A stretch of 63,817 nucleotides of DNA, counting the filler, from Choristocarpus tenellus KU-1152 (Eukaryota > Protista > Phaeophyceae), in assembly GCA_964200185.2 (NCBI GenBank). It is 7 parts of 7 records of this genome, joined end to end, with 100 filler letters (N's around TTAATTAATTAA, not from the genome) between each part and the next. Parts side by side here need not be neighbours in the genome. Positions count along the whole stretch, not along the records: positions 1 to 2,954 come from CAXNAD020023394.1; positions 3,055 to 17,596 come from CAXNAD020001164.1; 5 more parts are not named here. One strand, given 5' to 3'. Below are positions 1 through 11,359 of the stretch, in pieces. How positions within the stretch are numbered: position 1 is the first letter of the stretch; each line of letters begins with the position of its first letter. The notes under the pieces are model-generated. The model did no database searches, was not told where the DNA came from, and worked only from the letters and a program-made list of their open reading frames with translations. A program made the position numbers and the translations under genes.

Positions 1-182
1 TGGCCATCGTGTTTGTTAAAAGGTGTCAATATACATGTTTCGGACACACCTTTTTATAACGTTTATATTTTACCTACTCCTAAACATTTTGGATTAGGAA
101 AATGTCATAAACAACCCCATGGGATCCAAGCCCCAAATGGAGAAAAAGGGAAAAATTCATACCCTCTAAGATACTTTCACTC
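1..182 (+). mobile_element. MITE family A, copy truncated by the window start
   Basis: Ends in TACCCTCTAAGATACTTTCACTC; interior aligns with the full copies at 590-848 and 10836-11094. Confidence 0.9.
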
Positions 183-589
183 GAACACGACGAGAAGAAA
201 CTCTCACGCTATTCGCCTGTAACATTACGTTGTTCAATGGGATGTGCTGACCTCATCATTTTCACCACGGCAACTACCTTTCCCATAGATAACGTGATGG
301 GCTTGATCTTATGTGCATACATGTGTGTTTGAGAGTGTGTGTGTCTGTGTGTGCACCTATGGCAAAACGTTCTGACACCAATCTCATTCTGTGTACATCA
401 ACATATTTTCACAACAACCCATTGGTACCAAATCAAAATCACACAAGCACACACACACACGCACACGCATATTTGTCCTACATGGTCATGTACGACTGTT
501 TGTACAAATTGGCATACTTTTTCCGTTTCTCGGAATCCTTAGAATGCAATCCTGCCCACCCTTCAGTTGGTCCGACTCTCAGGCAATAC

Positions 590-848
590 GAGCCAAAGTA
601 TCTCAGAGGGTAGAGCCGCGTCCACTTGGGAGCCCAACGTCAATGTTGCGATTTTGATGTAATTTTGGATATAATGTTTGTTAGGAAGTGTCAAAATCAA
701 TGTTCCGAACACACCTTTTCAGGACTTACACATTTTGCCTACTGCGAAACGTTTTGGAGTCGGAAAATGTCATAAAATACACCATGGGAAGTCAAGGTTT
801 AAATGGACAAACAGGGCAAAACTCGTACCCTCTAAGATACTTTCACTC
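590..848 (+). mobile_element. MITE family A (Sola2-like, non-autonomous), full length 259 bp
   Basis: TIRs GAGCCAAAGTATCTCAGAGGGTA ... TACCCTCTAAGATACTTTCACTC; perfect 4-bp TSD ATAC (586-589 and 849-852). Confidence 0.92.
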
Positions 849-1653
849 ATACATCCCCCTGCTCAACATAGGCTCCCAGGCACCACACAAAAACTTTAAG
901 GAGGACTTTAAGTCAAACTAACAGAGAGGAGGGTGCTGCTGAGATTCAAGGGCCCCTCTGACTTTGTAGTGGCAAACGTTTTTGGAGTCACGAGTCTGGG
1001 GGTCATTCTTCTGTCTGTATTGTGGGTGAGTACACTCAGTTTGCAGAGGCAAGTTATCGTTTCGGACACCCTTTCTCCATGCCTGCATCTCTTTTGTTTG
1101 AAGAAAATTGAAAAAAGCCTTAAAACTCAAAACGGCCAGAACAACCCTTCTTGTCATCCTGGTTAGTTTAACTCCTTGCGAGTGTGTGCCACCAGCGAAA
1201 TATCTCTATGGTAGACACGTTCAGCACTGTCCTTCTTCCTGCAAGGAGTTTTGACGATCACGCCTTTCCATCACTGTGGTGCATTGTCCGACCGCCACAC
1301 AGCATATACGTTTTGTAGAGAACCTACACAAGAAGGGACTTCTTACCAAGCCCCAGATTCAGGATTTCCATAAGATGAACTTCTCAGTAGGCCCACCAAG
1401 CATACTGATTGCCAAAGGATGTATGTTGCGCTTCACCTCCCCTGTTGTAGGCTCATGGGCGCGAGTGGCATGTAAGGGAACAATGGTTCGAGGAAGTTAG
1501 TGATAGCGCGGTCGAGATCGACCGATTGGGCATTCGTAAAAGACCCCAAATGGCCAATCCATCGCTCAAAAATAGGTCGTAGGTCTGGAAGGTTGTGAGT
1601 AGTATGATTAAGGAAATATATAATTGTTCACGATAATGAAAGATATCAGAATG

Positions 1654-1726
1654 GGGGCGATGGTGAAGGGGTCAGCACATTCCGCTTGCATCGACAAGAT
1701 CGGGGGTTAAAATCCCCCTCGCTCCA
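1654..1726 (+). pseudogene. Degenerate tRNA-Ala(TGC)-like sequence
   Basis: Acceptor stem GGGGCGA/TCGCTCC, CT-TGC-AT loop, T arm GGGGG-TTAAAAT-CCCCC, then a T-rich run; anticodon stem mispaired and TTC mutated. Confidence 0.6.
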
Positions 1727-2258
1727 TTTATTTTTGGTGTCCTATCCTAGTATTGCAGTTCCTTCGAAGGGATCGTTGGTTCAAAAACCCACCAGTCGAT
1801 GTCAGCTTTGCTGTTGACCGGGATTTGAAATTTGAGACTTGGAATTTGATTCACTTTACTCTGAGGACTATTGTATCCCGATCTGTGGTCAGATGCACTA
1901 CACACTGCACTATTCTTCTCATACTATCATTAACAACTACCCATTGTAACTATAACTGTCGCACTTGTTCACGTGCGTTGGGTTTGCAGCACTCCCACCC
2001 CTCTCGTGCCTCCATCCTCCATCTCCTCCCTCGAATCTTGGCCTGAACTCTGCTCGACATCGCCACCTCGATATTGATTTGGCGTTCTTGTGGTACAGAG
2101 ACAGACAGGATCATCCACAGGTACAAACCGTTCTGATACTCAGAATTGGATATAGAATGGAAAACCAGGTTTCTGTGAAAAGCTCTGGCGTCGATAGGGT
2201 TCGAACCCTCGAAATTCATTGAGGGACAACCACAAGTCAGAGGAAACCCCCAAAATAA

Positions 2259-2342
2259 TGGAGAATGTGGGTATCGATCCCACCCACTAATTCTTCAACG
2301 CTAAGGAAGCGCTCTACGATTTGATTTGTCAGCTACACCTAG
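2259..2342 (-). pseudogene. Degenerate tRNA-Ala(AGC)-like sequence
   Basis: Reverse strand reads GTGTAGCT..CAAATCGTAGAGCGCTTCCTTAGCGTTGAAGA..GTGGGATCGATACCCACATTCTCCA, resembling eukaryotic tRNA-Ala(AGC) including the GATCGATA T-loop, with indels. Confidence 0.65.
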
Positions 2343-2915
2343 AACGAGTGGCATTTCTGGTAATATTGTTCGGATAATGTAGTATGTGAAATGTAATTCA
2401 GTGAACACAACAGGGGGAGCTACTGCTGTGACGTTACTCGAATGTGAATATACCTCTGCCAGACAAGGTATTGCATATTTGTGATAATTGCATACCTCAA
2501 CAAAGGTGAAACCACAGGTGGTGTCTGCCTACGGTATGTAAATTAATTGATAAGTGTTAATGAAAGGATCATAGTTTTACTGACTTCCCCAATGTAATTA
2601 CACGTGTAACAAATAGCACATGGCGGATCTGGTGTGACTTTCGAGATAAATGTCATGGTGAAGGATGTGAAATATTCACTCTCACCACGGATGAGGAAAG
2701 GGTGGTGTTGATTTAGTTGAAGTAACATTCCCTCAAGAGTTTTGTGGAGGATGAGACGACCTCACGCATGTATGAGACCAAACAGTTCCGTGTAAGTACA
2801 GCCCTTAACCACCTTGGTACACAAAGCTTCACAGGACCTGACCCGCAGAATATGTCATGTCTTCACCTGTTATCTTGTCTCAGAACAAATATACTATGCC
2901 AGTCGGTTTCGTGCA

Positions 2916-2954
2916 GACCCAAAGTATCTGGGGGGGGGTGGGGGTCTACACCAG
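2916..2954 (+). mobile_element. MITE family B terminus at contig end
   Basis: GACCCAAAGTATCTGGGGGGGGG; matches termini at 21341, 44628 and 63791. Confidence 0.6.
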
Positions 2955-3054
2955 NNNNNNNNNNNNNNNNNNNNNNNNNNNNNNNNNNNNNNNNNNNNTT
3001 AATTAATTAANNNNNNNNNNNNNNNNNNNNNNNNNNNNNNNNNNNNNNNNNNNN
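2955..3054. other. Artificial contig linker (N-TTAATTAATTAA-N)
   Basis: 100-nt block of Ns around the six-frame-stop 12-mer TTAATTAATTAA; the same block occurs six times. Confidence 0.97.
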
Positions 3055-5703
3055 CCGTCTTGCCCGGTGATTCTCTTCGCCACCCTTGCCTGAGTGAACC
3101 ACGCCGTCACAGAATCACACGATTCACACGAGCAATCAATGATATTATTAGCACTACTTCTAATCTATGTAGTAGCTGCTGTTGTTGGGTTTCCTAGTGA
3201 TCTTGTGTGACCTCTGTCTGGCGCGCTCAACAATTCTAAGCAAATATTACCCTTATCTTATTTACCTGTCGTCAGCAATAGTTTCTACCAGCAACCATTT
3301 GTGGACATAAGATCTGAACTAGAAATGGGTCTGGAGATCTGGATCCAAAATAAGAGGACTTACCGCCGTTAGCAGTATGTACAACAGACCATACTCGGCT
3401 GAACAAATAGGGCGAGACAAACAAACGTAATAATTACTAGAGCTCTGCTACAGTACTCTTGAAGCACATCAGTGACTAAGATTCTAGCCTCAACGCAGAA
3501 GGAGATGTAAGGGGCTGATTTGCAGTGCATTGTTTCTCGGTGAACCTTTATTATAAAATAGCAACAACGAATACTGACACCAGTCCAATTCTCCATCTAT
3601 TTGGCTGTAGACTTTGAGGATAACAAGGAATGAGTAATGTGTGTGATGACACACAGCGGTTACAAATGCCGCGCGATAATCAAGAAAGGTAGGTAGGTAT
3701 CCATGACAAGTTTTGTCCATAGCAATAGTCTATACTATCAGAAGAAAGTTCAAGAATTACTTGTCATCCTGGTCAGAATAGGGGCCACGAAGGAGAGTGC
3801 AGCGAGTCTGTGCAGAGATACATGGCCAGAGGTTCATTTTTAACCTGGGCAACTGATACGTTACTTACCTACCCAGTTGTACTTCGAACATTGGATCTGT
3901 ACCAATATCTAGCTCTCAGGTGTGATGGAGGCATAGGAGTTTGCTCCTTGTCTATCGATGGTACAGCAACCATGAGTTAAGCTCTGAACAAAACACCTCA
4001 ACTACCCGCTTCTCAAAGTAAAACTCTCCCTTCTCATATTGTGAATTTTCCTGTACGTTCCAATCTCGTAGGCGACCAGAATGTCACCTCGCCTCTAATC
4101 TATTAATTATTTGTAACTGAATGGTCGAATCGCCTCTCACTGTTCTGACCATGTCTAAGGCTAGAATGTGAGACGTCTCTATGCTCGTGTCAAAAGTAAA
4201 CGAAGAGATAAAAGCACCAAAGCTGTTGTATACTGCACTACCTCTTTTATGTGCAGTGTATTGGAAACTCGAATGTAATCCTACAAAAAAAAGTCCTATA
4301 CACATTAATACATGAAGAGTTGTCAATACATGTTCACCCTTCATCTCTCAGGGAAAAGAGGGGCACAAAGCGCAGACCTCTGGACCGAAGTATCAATAGA
4401 TTTTCCGTTGTTTGTTCGCTGTGGTCACAGACAGAGAAGTTCTTCTTCAATACTGCAACAAAACTTCTTCCTACCTTCACGTGTGAGGAGAGCAAAATTA
4501 AAAAAGCATATATAGAGGAGGTAAAGGAAATGACTAAAATATAGTTGTCGCCCAACATGTATGGCAATCCTGGAAGAGCAAATTAAGTTGATACAAAACT
4601 TAACAAATATAATTTTCAAGAGATGTGGCCATGGACAGATTTTGTTCAGGCGTTTGAGGGGTGTGCTCACTTGTCCTGTAACCAAAATTCCCTTGTACAT
4701 TAGCCTATGTTGGTCATCTTATATAGAAAGGAGAGGGATAACAACTGCATGAAGGACATGGTGTGACATGAACACAAATAGGCTAGAATCAGTATGTGGT
4801 ACTGAACATCGCAACAAAAAGCCCAGATTAAAATACTGTGATAATACATTACACTTCTTTCGACTTCAAAAGGATAAAATCAACTTCCTCCTTTGCGACT
4901 AAGATAGGAATTCTCTACAACCTGCAAGATTCAGCCATACAGATTTGTCATTGATATGTACGCATCCACACAGCACATGAAGTAAGTCGTGAAAAAAAGC
5001 GCGTGCATTGCTTCTTGGCTGTGTAGAGGCGGAAAGAAACAGGAGGAATGGATACCTAATTATCCTGGGACGCCCAGGTACTCTTTGCGTCCAGCACATG
5101 TTCACTTCAGACATTTTGAAATAATGGTCTTGTTTCTCCCTTGTTAACCGCTGCAGTACTCCAATTCTATGCATGATATACGAGTACGATATAACCTAAC
5201 CACAAGTGTCACTGTCACCTAGAGTCCTATGGGGCATGAACAATAATCTCATGTGATTCTGATCACCATTTCAATCTCGACATGCACTACTACTACCAAT
5301 GATGCTGAGGTTACGACAATAAAGAAGTAATGATGGGTGCCTTAATTCATCAGAAAATGCATTCTACTTCAACTTCGAAGTATTAAAATGTACAGTACAC
5401 GCATACATATACACACTTCCAACCACAACATGTCAGAGTATTTACACAACAATATGATCCCAAGTAAGGATGCTGGAACGACCACCAACCAACAAAGACA
5501 GAGATAGATAATATGTATCCCTCTCCATCCTGTCATCGATAGTGTTTGCTAAATAAGAATATGAGTGAGTACCAGTACAATCAAGACAGAATCACTGTAC
5601 CCTTCCCTGGGGTATCTTGAGGTGAGCCCTCGATCTCCCTCTTCTTTTGTTGTACTCTGGAGTAATACAAACACAGTACCTACCGCCCCCGGCTAACACT
5701 CAC

Positions 5704-5930
5704 TTATTCCAGTGTACTTGCTAACACCCATCATCAACACAACAAAATCTTCTAGGAAGAGAGCACCACGCATGGAAGATTCCCTGTGCGATTTTGTGAT
5801 GTGTCCTTTGCCATGACAAGTACTGGTAGTCTCCAAGTTTCCGCCTTTTGCCCCACACTTCCCTCACCAAAAAATACCCTACCACATCATGACCATACGG
5901 TTGATCATAGAACCCATACATTCTGTCAAC
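5704..5930 (-). pseudogene. Putative exon with a frameshifted chromodomain-like motif
   Basis: tag|...|gtgagt-bounded segment reading GYFLVREVWGKRRKLGDYQYLSW, then (shifted frame) GHITKSHRESSMRGALFLEDF, similar to the chromo pattern Y.VE.I...R......YLVKW.G. Confidence 0.4.
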
Positions 5931-7854
5931 CTATCCGGTAACCAAAATACAACAAATCCAGAATACCCTGTAACATAGAGGGCACTCACTCAATGAGTAA
6001 ACTAAGGTAAGAGTCTCTCCTCAACAAACACTTCAATCAGTGGCTTGCTGCCAACCGTACAAATCTGGTGTCGGCCAATAGAGGGGGTGGCTGCACCTTG
6101 CAGAGATACATTGCCTCAACTTCAACTTCAACTTGCTTGAAATATCTAAAGCACAGATATACACTGGCGCTATCCATGGTAGTACAATGTAGCTAGTTTG
6201 TGACATATTCCTTCATCCGTAGTTCCTTTGTCGCCCTGTAGCCCTGAAGCTCATATTTACACAAGATTCACAGAACACACCAAACTTGTCCTCGGGAGTG
6301 TGTCCTCAGTCTTGTGCATGGGGTGGGTCTTCTCCTCTGGTCCTTGCATGTCTCAGGCATACAATCACATGCATATGTGGCCTGAGTTGGTTGGCTCGAA
6401 GGAGAAGCGCCTTCCTTCTGCTGACGGGATTGGCCACACCTCCATTTAATCGCCATCCCTTCCCTAGCTCTATTCAAAATAAGTGCCCGACTAGAAATAC
6501 AATTAGCGTTCATCAAAGGTCACCCGATTGCCAGCCCATTGTGATATGAGCAAACATCAATTGCACCTTCAACATTGTTCAGCCCCTGCCCCTACAAAAC
6601 AAGAAGCGTCCCTCCCACCCAAGTGACAATTGCAGCTTCCTTTGGCCCGGGCTGAATGCATCAAGTTGACAGAGCTTGTGGCCCCTCTAACTTCGCCACC
6701 TTGGGACTGATCTCTTGGTCTCTGCCAACCTCTTTGATCTGACAATGTATGAGCCAAAGTAAACGAGAGATGGCAAGGTTTTGGTCGTTTTGTATTTCAA
6801 TCCATTTCTTTAGATTTTTTTTACAATTCACCCATATTTCTGTGGATCAAGTGCTATGTTTGACTTTAACGTGTTGATTTTTCCATTGCTTGAGACTTCT
6901 TGACACAATTCAGAAAATGACCATACACATTTGTAAAAAAAGACGAACTATGCACATGTTTGTCAGCATCCTCAAATTGCAATTGAAATCAAGAGGTAGA
7001 GAGTGAGGAATAGCATGAGGATGATTGTAGAGTGTGTGCAGGCTGGGATAATGATTTTTCACCACCTTTGCGACACATTCAGAGTACATGCCCTCACAGT
7101 AGTACAGCAGGCAATCTAAGAAACACACCTTCTGCACTGAGACACTGCACGGTCCTTCTCTGAAGCCTCCCCTGAGTCATGTGCCCTGATGACCCTAAAA
7201 AGGAGGGTGTCAGCAAGAATCTCGGTTTGCTTGTGGGGTTTGTTCGTTGGAGGTTAGTACCACCTTTGCTGGTGTCAGTGGGGATTATGGGACAAAATAC
7301 GATAATGTATCCCAATTCAGCTATTACTACACACTATTAATACTCTACGTGCGACAAAAAGAGAAGTACAGATACAAAGTCGCTTGCCAGCTACAGTCCG
7401 GTACCGCTGTGATAAAATGGTACATTCCTGGTCCTCTGAATTCAATACAGTATTCATATTGCTGAATCATGATTGCATTTTCAACCGAATATTCACAATA
7501 GTCAAACTACTATATATGCAACCGTAACTAGGCAGGCAACAGTAAGAAACACCACCCTATCCTATTTCAGCAGATAATTGGAGGGCAGGGCGGGCAAGAC
7601 TGAGACCCCTGACACACTACTCAATGCCAAACGGATCCTCAAGGCAATCCCTGGAACAGATAACTCCCCGAATGGACCCCAAAGGGGAAATCGTGTGCTC
7701 AGTGCCATAGGAACAAGAGAGGGTAATGTAAAGAAACACCCAATTTTCTTTTGGCAACACCATTGTGGTGGTACCCGCACTGCAGCACAATATCAGCATG
7801 TTTCAACTTCACTCCCCCTTCCCCAACCTGCTCTAAGAAACAACATCGACTCAC

Positions 7855-10568
7855 CTCTCGCCTGAGGCTGACACCCTAGACTCTCCCACCCCTCTCTTAG
7901 CCCCTTTCCTACCTCCACCCTCAAGGGCACCAGAGGTATTCCCAGAAGTGGAGACAGCCCCCCTCCTCCAGCGTCCACTTCTACCAGCCCCTTCAGGCAC
8001 AACCACAGACCCAGGGGCACTTCCAGAGATCATTCCGGAGATGTGCCCCTCCCCCATTGCTGTTGTGGTCCTCTGAACACACTTAGGGACGCCAGGGGTG
8101 TCTGCAGAGGCCTGGGTAGCCATCTTCCTCAAGCCCCTGCGAGTGTTGACCCTGGGAGGCACCTCCACGGAACCAGAGCCATTCCTGGAGATGACTCTAT
8201 TGGTCTGTCTCTTTCCCGTCACCTTTACTCTCCTCCCCGCACCCTTGAGGACGCTGGGGTTACTCTCACAGGTGTAGGCAGCCCTGCTCTTTGTGTCCCC
8301 CTGCACATTTTCCTTATCAGACTCGTCCACAAACTCGTGGGAATTCTCCTTCCCCATCTCCCTTACCCTCGTACTCCTCCCAGCACCGTCAAGGATACGG
8401 GGAGCATCCCTTGGGGTGTGGGCAGCCTCCCCATTTGCATTCCTCTGAGCCTTGATCTCCTCTGATTTCTTGCGGTTCCCAAGGGTGTGCGAACGCAGAA
8501 TGGGTGGACTCATTTGTGAAAAAGTCTGACCCTGAACCTGTGGAGATTGAACCTGAAGAGGCTGCCAAGGTGCAGACCGTCCCACCGCCCCTGCGGTGCA
8601 AAACATCCTTGAGTCATCCTCTGAAGTAGCAGGGGCCTGCAAAACTGCAGGGCAGGTGGTGTCATCCAACAGGAAGTGCTGCCCAGACACAGAGCATGAC
8701 GCTGCCCTGGCAGCACGGGGGGCTCCATCACCATGCCCAGGGGTGGGTTCAGGCCCATGCAGGAGAGAAGGGCTGGCCACATAACCAACCTGAGCAGGCT
8801 GGTTCAGGCCAGATGATCGCCGATCGTTGGTGGTGCCGGGCATGCCCAAGGCATCCCAAAAGGTGGGGTCCCACACCACAGAGGGACTGACCATGCTGCC
8901 AAACTCTAAAGACTCGTCCAGTCCCGTAGGACAGACCCTTGAGGTGCCTGTTGGAGGAGCACCAGAAGCAAACCCTGAGGTGAGGTTCTGCACAACGGAG
9001 GGTATGACAGCGGAGTCTACCTTGGAACGACAGACCCTTGGGGTGCTTGTTAGAGGAGCACCAGAAACAAAACCTGAGGTGAGGTTCTGCACAACGGATG
9101 GTGTGACAGCAGAGTCTACCTTGGGAGGACAGACCAGTCCCGTTGATGGCTGAGCCTTAATGGGGGACAGGATAGGAGAGGCTTTCCAAAAGTTGGGGTC
9201 CAGAAGGACAGCTGGGGACACAAAGCAACCAGACTCAAGCAGTCGTGAGGAAGGCCGAGACTCAGAGGAGGGGTGGACATCCAACAAGGTGGGGTCCCAG
9301 AAGGCAGGGGGGGTAAGGATGGGGTTCCGAAGGATAGAGGGGCTTACCAAGCACCCAACCTGGGGAGAATCGTCCATCTCTGACAAAGGTCGAACCTTAG
9401 CAGCAGAGGGCACAGCAGAGGAAGGATACCCAGAGGTGAGAGCATGCAGGACCACACGGTGCTCAGCTGGTGAAGACCTCAAGTCGGATGACAATGGGAT
9501 ACCTCTGGTGGGGGATGGGGTTGTGGGCTCATAACCACTGGTGAGGGCACGGATGATTGCAGGGCTGGTGCAGTACTCAACCCGGGACGACCTTCCCAGT
9601 CTAGGTGAGGACATAGCCTTGACAATGGACGAGGTGAACCCAGAGGCACCTCCAGTGCCGCAGGGTCGTAAGATGGCTGGGCTAGAACGGTGCTTGGCTG
9701 TACGGGCGCAGGTGCAGGGTGTCTCCAGCCGAGTGGGCAATGTCAACACGTTCTTGTGCTCTTCCAACCCATTTTTTTGTCCCTGAGGCGTGAGAGGGTG
9801 CAAGGATCGATCAAGGCAGCAGCAAAACAAGTCAAGGTCAACACCTAGAGGCAAGAGGAGATTCAGATATGACAGGTATTGATAATAGAATTCCCAAGGG
9901 TGGGGGGGAAGGGGGAAACGGAGGCAAAGGTGACCGGTGGGCAGGGATTTATCTGGGGAAAGACGTTGACTAGGGCACCTGTCACTCTACATGCGCAAGC
10001 AGGGTCAGGTACACGCCTCTTGGTGTGTACAAAACTGCCTTTCCGTTGCCTTTTCAGACCTCTGCTGGTCCACATGGCTAAATGGAATTTAGTTGCGAGA
10101 CCTATCCTAGCATACATGGGGTAGTCACAACATATTCGTTCAATTCAAACACTACACTGCATATACCAAGGTTGAAATTTGGATGAAGAACAAAGCACCC
10201 TTCAGCAAAACCACCCACACCTACACCCCCTCTTCAACAGAAACCAAGGCCCAAGGGGTGTTTTTCAGTGTAATCTTTTCTTTCAAATTCCTTCCAAGGT
10301 GCACACATGTGTTGTCCTACTATGCCTGCAGAAGCACCTGTTTGACAAGAGGCTCAATAGCCATGGACGCTTTCTCTGCTGCTGACGCTTGCAGCAGGGC
10401 CTGGTCCCTCTCAATCTCCATTGCCCTTTCCTTCCGCAAGGCCTGGTCTCTCTCTGTCTGCATTGATTGGAGCTTCTCTTTGACGTGCTGGAGCTCTGCG
10501 TAGAAGCACTGTGCCCTTTCCTCGGCCTCGGTTGTCTTCTGATGGGCTTCGCTTACAAGGGAAGCCAC
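7855..10568 (-). CDS. Two internal exons of an uncharacterised protein: coiled coil followed by a long Ser/Pro-rich repeat region
   Basis: Exon 10568-10338 (77 codons; acag|GTG ... CAG|gtgctt; heptad-like HQKTTEAEERAQ..ELQHVKEKLQ) joins in phase 0 to exon 9782-7855 (cctcag|GGA ... GAG AG|gtgagt), which covers most of the 667-aa ORF. Start and stop not identified. Confidence 0.65.
8932..9135. repeat. 99-bp in-frame tandem duplication (33 aa) inside the large exon
   Basis: Units start at 8932 and 9031; both encode KVDSAV.PSVVQNLTSGF.SGAP on the minus strand. Confidence 0.9.
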
Positions 10569-10835
10569 CTGTTATACCAGCATTTTAAGGGTCCATTGCA
10601 TCAACAAGGTAGCTTGTTGCATTAAGATGGATGGAGCCACGCGCACACACCGGCGGGTGCAGCACTTGCAAGAACAACCATAAACAGACATTGGAAACAG
10701 GTGATGAGAGTTCTACGAAATCTGGTACCTGATCCCTGGGAGGCAGAAATTATACTATGACAGTGACTTCATTATACTAAACTGACTTTAGCTTGAGTGG
10801 TGAACACCATATTGTCATGGCACTGAGTCCCCTCA

Positions 10836-11094
10836 GAGCCAAAGTATCTTAGAGGGTAGAGCCGCGTCCATTTGGGAGCCACAATCCATGTTACGATTTT
10901 GATGTAATATTTGCTATCGTGTATGTTAGGAAGTGTCAAATATCTATGTTCTGGACACACCTTTTTCATAACATACACACTGTACCTACTCCTAAACATT
11001 TTGGAGCAGGAAACTGTCATAAAAGAAGCCATGGGAAGCCAATCCCAAATGGACAAAAAGGGAAAAACTCGTACCCTCCAAGATACTTTCACTC
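10836..11094 (+). mobile_element. MITE family A, full length 259 bp
   Basis: Same TIRs; perfect 4-bp TSD CTCA (10832-10835 and 11095-11098). Confidence 0.92.
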
Positions 11095-11359
11095 CTCAGT
11101 ATCAATAGGGACACAGTACAATTAGGCATAATTATTTTTGGTGACCTCCTCCTTATTCAACACCCTCTGGGTCGGCGTGGAATCCAACATAAAACTGTGT
11201 GTGGAGTACTGAGAGTTGAAAAAAACTCACATAGCAATCAACCCGCTGTGATTAGAAAACGATACACAATAATGTGTACATCCTAATTTCATGTCGAAAT
11301 TAATTTCCTTGCACACATTTTGGATATCAATAGGGCACAATCATCATCCACTGTACTCT

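Noticed and set aside
13-921. Recurring short ORFs (MLGSVK..ILPTPKHFG..YPLRYF), also at 10911, 23457 and 26633, as a small-protein family
   Set aside because: They are chance translations of MITE family A; frames and stops differ between copies.
2999-3010. TTAATTAATTAA as a biological motif or TTAA target site
   Set aside because: Always centred in identical N blocks; an artificial six-frame-stop linker.
8043-9786. Several 60-140 aa plus-strand ORFs
   Set aside because: Antisense shadows of the GC-rich minus-strand exon.
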